Source: a virus
IMG/VR virus record: IMGVR_UViG_3300033174_000009
Length of the DNA stretch: 39,665 bases
Strand: one strand, 5' to 3'
Part shown: positions 9,260 through 18,337 of the stretch, one piece after another
How the letters are laid out: every line of letters starts with the position of its first letter
How positions within the stretch are numbered: the stretch's first letter is position 1
The notes under the pieces: model-generated
Databases searched by the model: none
What the model was told of the DNA's origin: nothing
Seen by the model: the letters and a program-made list of their open reading frames with translations, nothing else
Program-made: the position numbers and the translations under genes

Positions 9260-10173
9260 TAGCCATACTTACAGAAGAGAGTTCAGTATTCGCCGCATCA
9301 CATTTGGCACGAGCAATGAAAGCGAATCTATATGTTATCCTGCCGAGGTATAATGATATACTTGACGGGGGAGTAAATGGTATATTTTGGAAGGATAACA
9401 ATCTAATAACTGCAAAGAATATTATAATAATCGGTTATGCAGCTCTTAAAAAGATCGCTTCATCTATTGATTGTTTTGAAACAATTGCCTTTATTGCATC
9501 TGAATCAACGATATGTCGTGAAAGGAAATGGGTTAATAATTTCTTATCCCGGAATAAAATAGTCACTTACGCTATGCCTGATATGATCCCTTTTCTGGGA
9601 GTTGAAATAATCCCGGCATATCAGACAATGATAATCAATCCAATACCTCGTGTAAATAATAATATTCTGACTGTCGCACATAGTCCCCGAAACGGAGAGA
9701 AAAGCAAGGTCAAGGGTACGGATTATATTAATGAAATAGTTAGGGGGCTAAAGATGAAGCATCAATTTAATTACATATTTATCAAAAATTACCCGCATAA
9801 AGAATGTCTCAAACTGAAAGCCCAGTCAGATATATTCATTGACCAACTTATTTACGGGAACCCTGACGTCCCACAGCAACGCTGGGGCGAAGAGATAACC
9901 TATGAAGGTGGTTTGGGTAAATCAGGCATTGAGGCGATGTTATTGGGATGTTGTGTTATAACAGGCGGACGTAAGCCGGATACTGAAAGGTATTTTCCAC
10001 CACCTCCGATTATATGGACTGATTATGATAATTTTAAGGATCATCTTGATGCATTAATAAAGGATAAAGACTTAATATCATTATGTAAAAGGGGACAACA
10101 GAAATGGGCTGAGACATATCTTAACCCTGAATTTGTAAGTCATCACATAACGAGGCATATATGGGAGAGATAG
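9256..10173 (+). CDS. Glycosyltransferase, GT-B (group 1-like)
   Basis: C-terminal donor-binding-like motif EGGLGKSGIEAMLLGCCVITGG. Sits in the glycosyltransferase operon. Confidence 0.55.
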   Translation: MIAILTEESSVFAASHLARAMKANLYVILPRYNDILDGGVNGIFWKDNNLITAKNIIIIGYAALKKIASSIDCFETIAFIASESTICRERKWVNNFLSRNKIVTYAMPDMIPFLGVEIIPAYQTMIINPIPRVNNNILTVAHSPRNGEKSKVKGTDYINEIVRGLKMKHQFNYIFIKNYPHKECLKLKAQSDIFIDQLIYGNPDVPQQRWGEEITYEGGLGKSGIEAMLLGCCVITGGRKPDTERYFPPPPIIWTDYDNFKDHLDALIKDKDLISLCKRGQQKWAETYLNPEFVSHHITRHIWER

Positions 10174-10835
10174 CAATATATCGTTCGATATTTGGTGGTT
10201 ATGATAGAGTTTTCCCGGCTTGCTTTCAGGATGAGGCAGATAACTACTTGGTTACTGATAGGGCTATAAAAATTGACGGGTACAGGATAATAATAATAAA
10301 CGATCCTATTCCTAATTTACGCAGAGAAAGTCGTCGTTATAAGATGCAGCCGTGGAATTATCTCCCGAAATATAAGTATTATATCTACTTGGATGGCACT
10401 ATTGAAATGATCGTATCGCCTAAAAAATTGATAGATGAATATATAAACGGATTTGATCTTGCAGTACTTAAGCATCCATGGAGAAATTGTATTTATGATG
10501 AGGCTGAGATATGTAAGAAAATGGGGCTTGCGACTGAGGCGAAGATTGACAGACAGGTTAAGATAATGCGGAATGCTGGTTACCCTGAGAATAACGGGCT
10601 GACCGAAAATGGTGTTATGATCTGGCGTAATACGATCCAAAATCAGATTTTTGGAAGCCGATGGTGGAACTTTTATATGGAGCACACTCAGAGGGATCAG
10701 TTGAGCTTTTGTTTTATAGCATGGGAAATGGCAATAAAATACAATATAATCGAAACCGAGATAAGAAAAGACTCGGATCTTTTTAAATTTACAGACCATG
10801 ATCGCACTCTTAACGCCGACCGGAAACCGTCTTGA
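10161..10835 (+). CDS. DUF616 (TOD1/MUCI70-like) putative glycosyltransferase
   Basis: N-terminal IYRSIFGGYD, then LKHPWRNCIYDEAEIC, ENGVMIWRN and RDQLSFCF. These occur in the order typical of DUF616 proteins. Confidence 0.6.
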   Translation: MGEIAIYRSIFGGYDRVFPACFQDEADNYLVTDRAIKIDGYRIIIINDPIPNLRRESRRYKMQPWNYLPKYKYYIYLDGTIEMIVSPKKLIDEYINGFDLAVLKHPWRNCIYDEAEICKKMGLATEAKIDRQVKIMRNAGYPENNGLTENGVMIWRNTIQNQIFGSRWWNFYMEHTQRDQLSFCFIAWEMAIKYNIIETEIRKDSDLFKFTDHDRTLNADRKPS

Positions 10836-11538
10836 ACAATTCAGGCGGTGTGCCGAATTTATGAAACGTCAGACCTACGACGGGAAGGTCGTGTGGGTTA
10901 TTGTTGATGATTGCGTACCGAAAACGACAGATAATGTAACGGAATATTTCCGGGACAACTGGATCATTCACAAGGTCTATCCTCGCCCGGCATGGACATA
11001 TAACCAGAACACTCAGGGGCGCAACATGGAGGCAGGACTGAATGCTGTTATGAACTATAAGCCTGAAGCGATCTTTGTTATTGAGGACGACGATTATTAT
11101 AAATCTATCTATCTCGAACGCATGATGGCTAATTTTGGAGATTACTGGGCTATCGGAGAGACACGGACGATCTATTATAACGTGGCTTACCGAAGGTATC
11201 TTGTTAATGGGAATGATGCTCATGCCAGCCTGTTCCAAACAGCTATCCGCCCGGAGGCTGTTGAGTATATGATGCGGTCAAACGGAAGTCTGTTTATAGA
11301 TGCGGAGTTCTGGAGCAAGGTTCCGAATAAAAAACTGTTTCACGAAGGCAATCTGTCAATCGGGATCAAGGGAATGCCCGGACGCAGGGGGATAGGCTAT
11401 GGTCACCGTGAGGCAATGCGAATGAATGACGATTGCAATATGAACTATCTCAAATCAATTATCGGAGAGGACTATAAATTTTACGAAGGATGTTTCCAAC
11501 AGTACAAGAAGTCAAAAGATATTCTGACCAAATGGTAA
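10798..11538 (+). CDS. Glycosyltransferase, GT-A fold (family 2-like)
   Basis: IALLTPTGNRLEQFRRCAEFMKRQTY...VWVIVDDC, followed by the DxD-type motif FVIEDDDYY. Confidence 0.65.
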   Translation: MIALLTPTGNRLEQFRRCAEFMKRQTYDGKVVWVIVDDCVPKTTDNVTEYFRDNWIIHKVYPRPAWTYNQNTQGRNMEAGLNAVMNYKPEAIFVIEDDDYYKSIYLERMMANFGDYWAIGETRTIYYNVAYRRYLVNGNDAHASLFQTAIRPEAVEYMMRSNGSLFIDAEFWSKVPNKKLFHEGNLSIGIKGMPGRRGIGYGHREAMRMNDDCNMNYLKSIIGEDYKFYEGCFQQYKKSKDILTKW

Positions 11539-12221
11539 CGGGAATAATGGTCACGCATAACACGGAGGCACTTGCCCGACGTGCTTATGAATCAGTCAGG
11601 AGGTTTCATCCGGATATGCAGATGATAATTATCGATGGGTCTGATCAGGGTGATCCCTGCCGGGAATACATAAAAAGCCTTTCAAGCGATATAACAACTG
11701 TTGGATTGTCCCCAACAAATATCGGACACGGGCGGGGCATGGATGCAGCTATAAGAATGTGCAAGACTGATTTTGCTCTTATCTTTGATTCGGATATTGA
11801 GATGATAAAAAGTCCTTTAGACCTGATGCTGTCAATGGTGGAACCAGATACCTATGGGGTCGGCTACGTCGAGAAGACCGGATACGACGGGTTTGAATAC
11901 GGGTCTAAGCCGTGGCATAAGAACCAGGGATATATGATGATGCTACACCCGTTCTTTCATCTCTTACAGGTTAAAGAGTATTTCAGCTATCATCCTTATA
12001 CACATCATGGCGCACCCTGCTTTAAGACCGCTCTTGACATACATAGAAAAGGATTAACAGAGAAAGTGATTAAGATTCTTCCGGGGCTTGGACATACATC
12101 CGGCAAGGGCTGGACATGGGACGCTGTTAAGCCTCTTTGGGTTATTCACGAGACGGCCGGGACACGCAAGATGAGGCGCAAGAAAGGACTTGATGAGATT
12201 GAGCAGGGATGGGACAGGTAA
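11532..12221 (+). CDS. Glycosyltransferase family 2-like. The track ORF begins at 11490; the likely start is the ATG at 11532.
   Basis: GIMVTHNTEALARRAYESVRRF...MIIIDGSDQGD and LIFDSDIEM (DxD). The 11532 start overlaps the upstream stop by 7 nt. Confidence 0.7.
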   Translation: MVTGIMVTHNTEALARRAYESVRRFHPDMQMIIIDGSDQGDPCREYIKSLSSDITTVGLSPTNIGHGRGMDAAIRMCKTDFALIFDSDIEMIKSPLDLMLSMVEPDTYGVGYVEKTGYDGFEYGSKPWHKNQGYMMMLHPFFHLLQVKEYFSYHPYTHHGAPCFKTALDIHRKGLTEKVIKILPGLGHTSGKGWTWDAVKPLWVIHETAGTRKMRRKKGLDEIEQGWDR

Positions 12222-12712
12222 GTATCATCGGACTCGGCCCCTCATGGAAACTCTACCAGGGAGGATTCTCAATAGGTGTGAATGATGTATGGCGCAATGT
12301 TAAGACTGATGTTATTGTCTGTCTTGATTATGAGAAGATATTCACACCTGACCGGTTAAGAGTAATAAAAGAAAGCACTCCGCAGGCGTTCTATTCACAT
12401 ATTGTTAATTGGGATTACCGAAAAGATTTTCGTAAAGTGAATATTATCCCTGGTTATCATACTTTTATTGATCTTAAAAGACCGGGTTATTACAAGAGCT
12501 ACTGCTCTCCGTTTGTCGCCTGTCAGATCGCTTATAAAGAATACGGGGCTGATGAGATACATCTCTTCGGGGTTGACCTTACCAACCACCCGCATCTTGA
12601 CCAGAAACTTTGCGCTAAAATCATTGAACACTTCACCGCTCTGCAGAAGGCTCTCAATGAGGTAGGGGCGAAAATCGTTGTTCACGGGGAGGGAATTTTA
12701 AAGTCTCTCTGA
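12209..12712 (+). CDS. DUF115 (MptE/Maf-like) putative glycosyl or nonulosonate transferase
   Basis: SIIGLGPS...GVNDVW...DVIVCLDYE...GADEIHLFGVDL resembles the DUF115 core. Weak call. Confidence 0.4.
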   Translation: MGQVSIIGLGPSWKLYQGGFSIGVNDVWRNVKTDVIVCLDYEKIFTPDRLRVIKESTPQAFYSHIVNWDYRKDFRKVNIIPGYHTFIDLKRPGYYKSYCSPFVACQIAYKEYGADEIHLFGVDLTNHPHLDQKLCAKIIEHFTALQKALNEVGAKIVVHGEGILKSL

Positions 12713-12780
12713 TTTTACTGAAGTATTTAGTTCATTACATTATTCTGCTACCTACGTTAAATTTATCAAAAATTTAGCGC

Positions 12781-12969
12781 ATGGACAATCTACTCGACGT
12801 TTATCCTTATTACTTGGCTGATTTTTATCTGTACTACATCCTTGGGTACACAGAATTAGCTAATTCCCTCATTGCCTCCACGCTCGAAATAACAATGCCT
12901 AACACTCCTGACACATCAACTCAGCCGATGTGGTGGCCGATAATTGAACCAGGAATACCTGCCCCATGA
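12781..12969 (+). CDS. Small hypothetical protein
   Basis: 62-aa ORF whose stop overlaps the protease start (ATGA at 12966). Confidence 0.5.
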   Translation: MDNLLDVYPYYLADFYLYYILGYTELANSLIASTLEITMPNTPDTSTQPMWWPIIEPGIPAP

Positions 12970-14096
12970 GTGCGGTACTTAAAATCTACGGAGACATAGG
13001 TGAATCATCCGGCATGGATGAGCTTATAGGCTATGAGACAGTATCAGCCAAACAGGTATCGGAGTTTCTTGACCAGCATAAATCAGAACGTAAGATCGTT
13101 GTACGTATCAACTCCCGAGGCGGTGACGTGCAGGAAGGCTGGGCTATTTATGATCTACTGGTTAATTCAGGCAAGAAAATAAAAACCATTGGCGAAGGGA
13201 AAATCTATTCTATCGCAACTATCATATTTCTTGCAGGTGAAGAGCGTGAGATATACTCCAATGCTGACGGGCTCATACACAACCCGTTTATCCCGCCTTA
13301 CACACTGGCGGATCAATACGAAGCTGATGATCTGGAAAAGATCGCTGAATCACTGCGGCAGGAGGAATCGAAAATACTTCAGTTCTACGCACAGAAGACC
13401 GGGGCGGAAGAGTCACGTCTGGCCGAACTGATGAAAGAGGACACTAAACTATCAGCTCAGGACATGGTCGATCTGGGCTTCGCAACGAAAATCATTGAGC
13501 CAGTTATGGCATTTGCATATCTAAAACCAAATAAATTTATTATGGACGAAAAAGCCTTTTTTGAAAAGCTGGGGAGCACGTTAGACAATGCGCTTGCCAG
13601 AATGAAAAACTTTTCGAGGCTCGAAACTGTTGACCAGACCTTGAAAGACAAGGACGGCAAGGAGTTCAAGCTCGAGAAAGAAACCGGAGCACCGGCAGTG
13701 GGAGACAAAGCCTCTCCTGACGGGACTTATGTAATGTCCGACGGCAAGACGATCGTTGTTGCCGAAGGAGCGATCACTGAGATCAGGGAGAAGACTGAAG
13801 ACAAGTCTGAACTCGAGCTTGCTAACGAGAAGATCGCACAACTGGAAGCTGCCAACCAGCAACTGACCGAGAGGGTCACCGCTATGGAGGCCGAGAAGCC
13901 TGACCTTGTCGCTGCACAGGCATCAGCAAAGAAAGCTGAGACCGATGCAAAAACACTCTACGACGAGCTATCGAAGATCAAGAATGAATGGAAGCCTGAC
14001 GGGCGTACCAAGTTCTCAACCGCTGACAAAGTGGGAAGCATTGATCTTGCCCGTGTAAGGGAACTGAACGAGAAACTTAAATCAAAATCTGAATAA
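12966..14096 (+). CDS. Prohead protease (ClpP/S14 type) fused to a coiled-coil scaffold domain
   Basis: VVRINSRGGDVQEGWAIYDLL...GKIYSIATIIFLAGEER...GLIHNP carries the Ser and His catalytic context. The C-terminal 150 aa is charged coiled coil (ELELANEKIAQLEAANQQLTERVTAMEAEK). It sits directly upstream of the capsid gene. Confidence 0.85.
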   Translation: MSAVLKIYGDIGESSGMDELIGYETVSAKQVSEFLDQHKSERKIVVRINSRGGDVQEGWAIYDLLVNSGKKIKTIGEGKIYSIATIIFLAGEEREIYSNADGLIHNPFIPPYTLADQYEADDLEKIAESLRQEESKILQFYAQKTGAEESRLAELMKEDTKLSAQDMVDLGFATKIIEPVMAFAYLKPNKFIMDEKAFFEKLGSTLDNALARMKNFSRLETVDQTLKDKDGKEFKLEKETGAPAVGDKASPDGTYVMSDGKTIVVAEGAITEIREKTEDKSELELANEKIAQLEAANQQLTERVTAMEAEKPDLVAAQASAKKAETDAKTLYDELSKIKNEWKPDGRTKFSTADKVGSIDLARVRELNEKLKSKSE

Positions 14097-14098
14097 AT

Positions 14099-15199
14099 AT
14101 GCCTATCATCCCCAAGAGTGTCACTTCGCCCTCGTGCGGAAACACTATCAACCTCGACAACCTGCACTTCACCCCGGATGAACTCCGTTCGCTGAACGAG
14201 CTGGTTGTTGAAGCTGTCTTATCAGCACCGGAACTCTCCGAGTTTCACACCCTCGTCACCGGTATCAAGAACGACAAGCGTATCGGCATCATACCCGGTT
14301 CATTCGGGCTGGTAGGCCGGGCCGCTCAGAGTTGCGATCCCGTGCCTCACTGCTACGAACTTCCTGCTATCGAAAAGACATGGGAGCCTCGTTACCTGGA
14401 GATCATCATTGATATGTGTATTGATGAGCTTGCTGATTCAATGATGAAGCTCGCCGTAAAATGCGGAACCGATGTCTTTGATCTGACGAAAACAGAAATC
14501 TTCACATTCATTCAGAACATCCTCGAAGGTGACATTAAGAAGATGGTCCTTCGTAATGCCTGGTTCGGAGACAAAAACGCTGCCAACGTACCTGGCGGAG
14601 TACTTACTCCGGGTGTTGATCCGGCTTTCTTCAATGTAATTGACGGATTTTTCGTACAGATGGCCGCTATCTATGCAGCTAACCCGCTTCAGGTAGTTGC
14701 AATGCCGGGTAATACACAGGCTACTTACGCACTTCAGAACTCAGTCGCTACTCCGATACTTACAATGGGAGCTGTTAATAACGTTATTGACAGTGCTATC
14801 AGTGAGCTTCAGCAGCAGCCTGACCGTGTTCTTCTGGTCACCCGTTCGGTTTTTGACCGTTTGCGCAGGGCTTTACAGGCTGTCGGAACCGCATTTCAGG
14901 ATTACCGGCTGATGGTCAACGGTATTGAGTTCGCTACATGGGACGGGATAAAGATGTATTCCATTCCTCTGTGGGATCAGTGGATCAGAGCTTTTGAGAA
15001 CGACGGCACACGCTGGAACGATCCTCACAGGGTTGTTTATACAAGCGTCTCCAACCTGAATATTGGTATGGTTTGCACATCATTATTTGAAAACATTAAT
15101 TCGTTCTACGATCCTCGCAGTCGTTACAACAGGATTGAAGCCATTGATGCCTTCGACGCAAAGATTCTCGACGACAGGCTTCTGATGGTAGGACGATAG
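14099..15199 (+). CDS. Major capsid protein (HK97-fold expected)
   Basis: 366-aa ORF immediately after the protease-scaffold gene. Size and position are canonical. No decisive motif seen by eye. Confidence 0.7.
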   Translation: MPIIPKSVTSPSCGNTINLDNLHFTPDELRSLNELVVEAVLSAPELSEFHTLVTGIKNDKRIGIIPGSFGLVGRAAQSCDPVPHCYELPAIEKTWEPRYLEIIIDMCIDELADSMMKLAVKCGTDVFDLTKTEIFTFIQNILEGDIKKMVLRNAWFGDKNAANVPGGVLTPGVDPAFFNVIDGFFVQMAAIYAANPLQVVAMPGNTQATYALQNSVATPILTMGAVNNVIDSAISELQQQPDRVLLVTRSVFDRLRRALQAVGTAFQDYRLMVNGIEFATWDGIKMYSIPLWDQWIRAFENDGTRWNDPHRVVYTSVSNLNIGMVCTSLFENINSFYDPRSRYNRIEAIDAFDAKILDDRLLMVGR

Positions 15200-15201
15200 A
15201 A

Positions 15202-15207
15202 AGGAGG
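15202..15207 (+). promoter_or_regulatory. Strong Shine-Dalgarno-like AGGAGG, 5 nt upstream of the ATG at 15213
   Basis: gaaAGGAGGatattATG. Most other starts in the genome lack any purine-rich ribosome-binding site. Confidence 0.5.
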
Positions 15208-15212
15208 ATATT

Positions 15213-15842
15213 ATGACTATCGGATGTAATCAAATCGTTGACTGTATCCTGAAGAACTGCGATAACATGGTGCAGGGTATTAAGGATACGGTATATTTCA
15301 TCAATCACGAGCACGTTGACAAAGACAACTGCACGTTCGATCCTGAGAATCCTCTTCTTCTGACGCAACTTGTTCTGAAGACTGTTTCCCCGCCCGCTTA
15401 CGCTTATTGCATATCAGGTTATAACCAGTCCAACGAGCATAGCGTTGCAATGGTCAAGAGGCGTTATCAAAAGGTGTGGGATCACAACCTGATCTTCCGG
15501 GTGTTCGATAACACTCCCGAAGTGAAGGCATGGGTCAATGATGTGGCTAACTCCCGTTTTCTCGTTATTATCGAGAATAACTATAACAAAGCCGGTTTGG
15601 GCCGCACTGTTTATGAGGTTCTCGGTTGGGATATGGGACTGGAACTGAACGCCGCTGAACGCAACCCGAACGATGAAGAGATGATGGGTGCATGGCTGCT
15701 GACTGCCGGATGCAGTGATTCGCTGAAAGAATCGCTTCCTCCGCTGACGCTGTTTGTGACAAGTATTGAGCTGACACGTGCCGCTGTTGGTTCGCTTCTT
15801 GCCCCCTGCTGCCCTGATGAGCTGACCCCTGAACCTACGTAA
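15213..15842 (+). CDS. Hypothetical virion protein (possibly tail tube or decoration; function unsupported)
   Basis: 209-aa ORF directly after the capsid gene, carrying the best SD-like site in the genome. Confidence 0.7.
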   Translation: MTIGCNQIVDCILKNCDNMVQGIKDTVYFINHEHVDKDNCTFDPENPLLLTQLVLKTVSPPAYAYCISGYNQSNEHSVAMVKRRYQKVWDHNLIFRVFDNTPEVKAWVNDVANSRFLVIIENNYNKAGLGRTVYEVLGWDMGLELNAAERNPNDEEMMGAWLLTAGCSDSLKESLPPLTLFVTSIELTRAAVGSLLAPCCPDELTPEPT

Positions 15843-16372
15843 TGGTCAGGGCGTTTGCACGGGAATTTATAAATGATCCACGTGCACAGACAAAGGATCG
15901 GAAAGCGACGATCCGGGCAGAGTATAAACGTCTGTTCGGGGACTCGCTTCCGGGCACTTGTCGGACGTGTTATGTTGAAGCATTGTTAAAAATATTAAAA
16001 TATAATCAGATGTCAGTATCACTGTATGAACTCAAGAAGGGTTATGTCGCTCAGTTCGATGTAGCTTTTAACGGCGTGAAAGCCTTTACAAATCTGAACC
16101 TCCAGACCGACGCCGTTAAGTATGATGCTATCGCTGCTGAATACCTAAGACGTTACCCGCAACGCTCAGTCTATTTCGTCCGTGCTCCGAAACCTGCTCC
16201 GTTTATTCCGCAGGGAATAAAGGTTGAGCCAGTACCGGAAACTCCAAAGAGGGAAATACCTGAAGTCCTCCCGTCAATGCCTGATCCTGAGGAGGTTGTC
16301 AAAGCAATGACCGAGGCTCCGAAAACTGAGGTTAAGAAAGTTGTAAAGAAGACCACCAAAAAACCTAAGTGA
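15842..16372 (+). CDS. Hypothetical protein with a Pro/Lys-rich basic C-terminal tail
   Basis: 176 aa. C-terminus is PKPAPFIPQGIKVEPVPETPK...KKVVKKTTKKPK. Stop overlaps the next start. Confidence 0.65.
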   Translation: MVRAFAREFINDPRAQTKDRKATIRAEYKRLFGDSLPGTCRTCYVEALLKILKYNQMSVSLYELKKGYVAQFDVAFNGVKAFTNLNLQTDAVKYDAIAAEYLRRYPQRSVYFVRAPKPAPFIPQGIKVEPVPETPKREIPEVLPSMPDPEEVVKAMTEAPKTEVKKVVKKTTKKPK

Positions 16373-17514
16373 TGAGAGTTTCCGCTACAAAGACCAGTCA
16401 GAGAGTTGAGCGGAACATATATCTTACTTCAAAGCGAATAAAGGGGTATGGTCTGAATAACGACTATCCGCAGAAGGTACTTGAAATTCTTAACTCTTCA
16501 GGTACGGGGAAAAGTTGTTATGATATTCACGTGCGGTTCACCTCCGGTGGCGGGTTCATTGATCCTGCGCTTAATGATTACGTCGTAAACGAGAAGGGGG
16601 AACGGGCCTCAACTCTACTTCGTAAGCTATCGAAAGACCTGAAGGCTTTTAACGGGTTCGCCGTGCTTGTCAAGTATGATTTTCTTGGTAATCCTGTCGA
16701 GTATTATAACGTTCCTTTTGAACATTGCCGCCTTGAGATACTCCCGAATAAGAGTTATTCAGGACGCATAGCCGTTTACCCGGACTGGACCGGAGTTACA
16801 GGTCAGACGTTCCGGCAGCAGGATGTTAAGTTCATCAACCGGTTTGATCCTGAGATGGTCTTATCACAGATTGTTGAAGCAGGTGGCCCGGCTCTCTATC
16901 TGGGTCAGATATATTACTATACTTCAGATGGTGACCTTGAATATCCGACTGCTCCTTTTGATCCTGTGATAACGGATATGCTTACCGAAGAAGCTGTTTC
17001 AACTGTTAAGCATCGAAATACAAAGTATAACTTTCTGCCTGCCGGGATATTGGTTCGCAAAGGGAAGAAATCTGTTCTTAATGACAAGGGTCAGTTAGAT
17101 ATGAATGATCCCTACAATCAGGCACAGGAAGAATCCCGTAACTGGTTGGTCAAGGCTCAGGGCGATGAGAATGCCTCAAAGATGTGGATTGTTGATGTGG
17201 ATGCCGATGAAGAGAAACCGGAATTTATACCGTTTGAAGCCAAAAATCTGGATAAACAGTACGAAAATACCGAACCAACCGTAAAGGAGAATATCGCCGG
17301 TATGTTCATGGTTCCGCCGGTTTTGAGAGGGATTGACGTCGGGGCGGGTTTCGGAAGTGAGCTGGTTGAACAGGCTTACAACTTTATGAACTCAATAACG
17401 GGTGACGACCGGAACGCATTATCGACTGTCTTTATGGATCTCCTGCCTCAATTCACGGATTTCGCTATCAAACCTTTAAAATACATAGATGAAAGCACTG
17501 GTAGTCAAGGCTGA
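16369..17514 (+). CDS. Portal protein candidate (HK97-family-like)
   Basis: 381 aa. An acidic stretch is followed by KNLDKQYENTEPTVKENIAGMFMVPPVLRG, which resembles the conserved portal ...IA.AFGVPP.LLG segment. It is the only ORF of portal-compatible size in the head module. Confidence 0.6.
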   Translation: MMRVSATKTSQRVERNIYLTSKRIKGYGLNNDYPQKVLEILNSSGTGKSCYDIHVRFTSGGGFIDPALNDYVVNEKGERASTLLRKLSKDLKAFNGFAVLVKYDFLGNPVEYYNVPFEHCRLEILPNKSYSGRIAVYPDWTGVTGQTFRQQDVKFINRFDPEMVLSQIVEAGGPALYLGQIYYYTSDGDLEYPTAPFDPVITDMLTEEAVSTVKHRNTKYNFLPAGILVRKGKKSVLNDKGQLDMNDPYNQAQEESRNWLVKAQGDENASKMWIVDVDADEEKPEFIPFEAKNLDKQYENTEPTVKENIAGMFMVPPVLRGIDVGAGFGSELVEQAYNFMNSITGDDRNALSTVFMDLLPQFTDFAIKPLKYIDESTGSQG

Positions 17515-18022
17515 TTTGGATAATTATAAGCACGTTGCTGATTCTGTGCGTAACATAACAACGTGGGAGCAATTCGTTATCGAGGCTCAATGGTTCGATA
17601 TTAAATCCTGGTTGGGTGATGAGTTTCTCAATGAGATAGTCAGTCAGGCCGAAACGATCCCGGAAACTCTGACCGCTGCCAACAGGTTATTACTCGACGG
17701 AGGTGTTTATTCTTACTGTGGAAGGCAGTATAACTTCATGGGGCTGAAGGCTTGCATTATCTACTATGCTTTCGCCCGGTTCACAAACAGAACTTCGGTT
17801 AATTACACTGCTGCCGGAGTGGTACGAAAAGAGAGCGAGTTCTCAACTCCGGTCTCTGACAAGACCATACAGAGATTAGAGACCGAGGCACGTCTTATGG
17901 CTGATTCAATCAAATGTGAAATAATAACATTTCTAAACAGGAAACACGACGATTACCCGCTGTGGCGAGATTGCTCCCGCCAGTGTCCGGGATCAAGGCC
18001 GTTCATGGTCGTTGGTGATTAA
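17489..18022 (+). CDS. Hypothetical head-tail joining module protein
   Basis: 177-aa ORF overlapping the end of the portal candidate. Confidence 0.6.
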   Translation: MKALVVKADLDNYKHVADSVRNITTWEQFVIEAQWFDIKSWLGDEFLNEIVSQAETIPETLTAANRLLLDGGVYSYCGRQYNFMGLKACIIYYAFARFTNRTSVNYTAAGVVRKESEFSTPVSDKTIQRLETEARLMADSIKCEIITFLNRKHDDYPLWRDCSRQCPGSRPFMVVGD

Positions 18023-18034
18023 TAAATTAATGAT

Positions 18035-18322
18035 ATGGAAGGAATAGGAAACAACAATCCAACACGCAACATAGCACAGGGCAATATTACCCGTGTGGTT
18101 GCGGTCAGTCTTGCATCGGTGGATTATGAAGACGATAACGGTTTCTTCATGCGAGCCGGGGGTGCAGGGAATATCAAGTATTGCCCTATCGGTAATACTG
18201 ATGCAGAGGCTATCACTAAGGCTGTTGAGGCTTCGGCTATCTTTGACGATCCAGAGGTGGTTCGTAAGATATTTAAGTCAGGCACGACAGCTACGTTAAT
18301 ATTTGCAGGTTACGGCGTATGA
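18035..18322 (+). CDS. Hypothetical small virion-module protein
   Basis: 95-aa ORF on the same strand as the surrounding structural genes. Confidence 0.6.
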   Translation: MEGIGNNNPTRNIAQGNITRVVAVSLASVDYEDDNGFFMRAGGAGNIKYCPIGNTDAEAITKAVEASAIFDDPEVVRKIFKSGTTATLIFAGYGV

Positions 18323-18337
18323 TACTCGTTAAAAACA

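Noticed and set aside
12713-12780. tRNA or small RNA genes in the intergenic gaps (12713-12780, 29169-29339, 36936-37132)
   Set aside because: No cloverleaf-compatible acceptor or anticodon stems were seen by eye, and the gaps are AT-rich or too short. A tRNAscan run would confirm.
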